From Eledone cirrhosa (taxonomy: Eukaryota): a DNA stretch of 64,000 nucleotides. This document shows, one piece after another, positions 59,884 to 64,000 of this stretch. A program made the translations under genes and the position numbers. The notes under the pieces are model-generated. The model was given only the letters and a program-made list of their open reading frames with translations. It did not search any database and was not told the DNA's origin. Each line of letters starts with the position of its first letter. Within the stretch, counting starts at the first letter, position 1. The stretch spans positions 276,892,001 to 276,956,000 of the forward strand of contig OZ024743.1 in the NCBI GenBank assembly GCA_964016885.1, read 5' to 3'.

Positions 59884-60098
59884 GTTTCTTATATAGGCAC
59901 AAGGCCAGCAATTTTGGGGGCGGGGAAAGTCGATTAAATCGACCCCAGTGCGTGACAGGTACTTTATTTTATCGATCCCGTAGAGATGAAAGGCAAAGTT
60001 AACCTCGGCGGGATTTGAACTCAGATCATAAAGGGCCGTAAATCTATGCTGCAAAGAATGGCGTCCGACCCTCTACCGATACTGCCAATCCACCACCC
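59884..60098 (-). mobile_element. SINE family 2 with 21-bp TSD
   Basis: TSD TCACTATA(G/A)AGAGTAATAGCG at 59863-59883 and 60099-60119. Confidence 0.92.
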
Positions 60099-60206
60099 TC
60101 ACTATAAAGAGTAATAGCGTTAGAAAATCAGATATAATACCCTCTGGGGCAGAGAAAGGTGACGAGCCCATTGTAGTGAATCCAATTCAGTAACCCTCCA
60201 GTTCCT

Positions 60207-60276
60207 GCCAATTGGCGTAATGGTAACGTGCTTGACTGGAATTCACTCGATACAGAATTCGATTCTCTGTAGGGGC
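60207..60276 (+). pseudogene. Degenerate tRNA-like sequence or SINE head
   Basis: A-box TGGCGTAATGG and T-arm-like ACAGA-ATTCGATTC-TCTGT. The acceptor stem is broken. Confidence 0.45.
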
Positions 60277-60405
60277 TGCTGGCCACATTTTTCTGTCTCT
60301 CTAAGCATATTTTAGCCGAATTTTAACAGCTATTTATAACGATACTGTGTTTGAATTCCAACATTTCAAATTTCAAATTTTCCAAACAACTCTATAAATC
60401 ATAAG

Positions 60406-60454
<49 letters not shown>

Positions 60455-60466
60455 TATATATATATA

Positions 60467-60588
<122 letters not shown>

Positions 60589-60634
60589 TATATATATATT
60601 ATATATATATATATATATTGATATATACATATAT

Positions 60635-60696
<62 letters not shown>

Positions 60697-60698
60697 TA

Positions 60699-60763
<65 letters not shown>

Positions 60764-61016
60764 GGGGGAGAGAGAGAAAAAAAGAGAGAGGTACAGTCTT
60801 ATATATACATTTACACACGCACAAACACATAGTCACACACGCAAACACATACACACATATGCGGAGGTACACCACTATTTATACTTTCAGATACACATGT
60901 TTATCAGTTATGCGTATATAGTTACGCAGGAATTTTATATAGATAGGTACACATACAGGAGCGTATTTATACACACATGTGTACATACACATGCATATAT
61001 ATATATATAACTATAC

Positions 61017-61152
<136 letters not shown>

Positions 61153-61674
61153 ATGTGTGTGTGTGTATGTGTGTGTATGTGTGTGTGTGTAATTATATAC
61201 ATGTACTGGAAGGCAATAATAGAAGTATTACTTGACTAACACACACCAAAATTCTACCTGGGTAAACACATATACGGGAGCACATGTAAGCACACATACA
61301 CACACACAATGTAAGTACACACACATGTAAGCACACACACACATACACACACAATACCCCGTCATAAATCTAAATTTCTAATGAAATATATACTCAGAGA
61401 ACATATTAAAAAAATAAATAAAAATATATACATGCAAACAGACAGAAATATACACACATACTTACACACACATACACATAAACACACATATATATATAAA
61501 TATATATATACACACACGCTCATAAAACTCAACTAGAAAAAGCCACGCGCGTACACAATTGCATAAATACATTTTGAATAAAAACAAACACGTACATGCA
61601 TTTATAATGCACCTACACATAGAAAGAAGGACTCATATATTTACTCACTCCCTATAACTGCATCTCTTTCTCCT

Positions 61675-61730
<56 letters not shown>

Positions 61731-61737
61731 GACACAA

Positions 61738-61803
<66 letters not shown>

Positions 61804-62246
61804 AGAGAGAGAGAGAGAGATTGAGAAGCACACAGAACAAGCTACATCATTAATGCATCTGTTTATGTGTTGTGCATGTGGTGTTGGTGACGGTGGTAGT
61901 TGTGACGTGACAGCGGTGCTGTTGTTGTATGTGGTGGTGTTGGCGGCGGTTGTGGTTGTTATAGTAATAGTGTTGGTGGAGGTGGCGGTGATAGCGATGG
62001 TAGTGGTAGTGGTACTGTGGTGGGTAACTTTATGGCGAATACATAACGGTTAAATGACAAATTACGCTTTGATCTGGATTAGATTTGGTTTATGTCATGG
62101 CGGTGTGATGTGATGGAGGTACGTGATGTAGTGTTTGTGCATGTATGTGTGTATTTATGTATATGTGTATGCGAGTATGTGTGAATATATATATATATAT
62201 ATATACACACATGTACATGCATACATACATGCATGTATGTAAATAA

Positions 62247-62285
<39 letters not shown>

Positions 62286-62375
62286 CGTATGTATATATAT
62301 ATATATATCATTTTATATATATATATATACATACATATATACATACACAAACACACATATACATACATATATGCG

Positions 62376-62413
<38 letters not shown>

Positions 62414-62734
62414 CATGCATGTGCATGTGTCTGTGTGCACGCATGTCTCTGTGTGCGTATGATGTGAAATTGTGGTGTTCACGGTGGTCCTGTTTGATAG
62501 TGTGGGGACGTTGGAGCTGCTGCTGTTTGTTGGTGGTACACGATCTAATTTGGATATGTAGTGTGGTGGTGGTATGACGCAATGTGGGGAGGATTCTAGG
62601 TAGTAGTGGTGGTGATGGCGGTGGTAGTGTGGATGGTGTGGTGATTTATGTAGTGTGTTGGTGGTGTGCTGGTGTAGTGGTAGGATATAATGGAGCGTTG
62701 TAAATGACGTGGTAATAATACATAGCGTATAGAC

Positions 62735-62855
62735 GTTGTTATGGCTGAGTGGTTAAGAAGTTCGCGTCGCAATCATGAGGTTCCGAGTTTTACCCCATTG
62801 CATCAGATATTGGGTAAGTGTCTTTACTAGAGTATTGGGTTGATCAAAACCTCGT
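62735..62855 (+). mobile_element. Diverged tRNA-derived SINE 5' fragment
   Basis: TGGCTGAGTGGTTAAG head and TTGGGTAAGTGTCTT core. Confidence 0.55.
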
Positions 62856-62869
62856 CAGATACCCGTAAC

Positions 62870-64000
<1,131 letters not shown>

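Noticed and set aside
60207-60276. Functional tRNA gene
   Set aside because: The acceptor stem does not pair and the B-box is degenerate.

Overview
This is eukaryotic, repeat-dominated DNA with no supportable host gene. The SINE families and the microsatellite load resemble an octopod cephalopod genome (inferred from recognition, not searched). Nearly all listed ORFs are artefacts of (TA)n, (CA)n, (GA)n, (GTT)n or (CCA)n tracts. The real content is: several decayed Penelope-like retroelements (PLE; RT with YLDD motif and/or C-terminal GIY-YIG endonuclease), two R4/Dong-type RLE LINE fragments, about 12 tRNA-derived SINE copies or fragments, a mariner fragment, hAT and Tigger-like MITEs, a 39-bp minisatellite, a ~6.7-kb (CCA/CAA)n tract and a 200-N gap. 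The most notable signal is a set of about ten distinct insert families sitting inside (TA)n tracts. Each carries a type I hammerhead ribozyme (HHR) motif that I folded by eye. Most are built as head-to-head inverted duplications, and in the best-sampled family the two arms of a copy share copy-private mutations. In one family the palindrome turns inside HHR stem II; in another the inverted arm starts at the predicted HHR cleavage site. This suggests ribozyme-linked fold-back or twin-primed integration into (TA)n. No activity or database search was tested.
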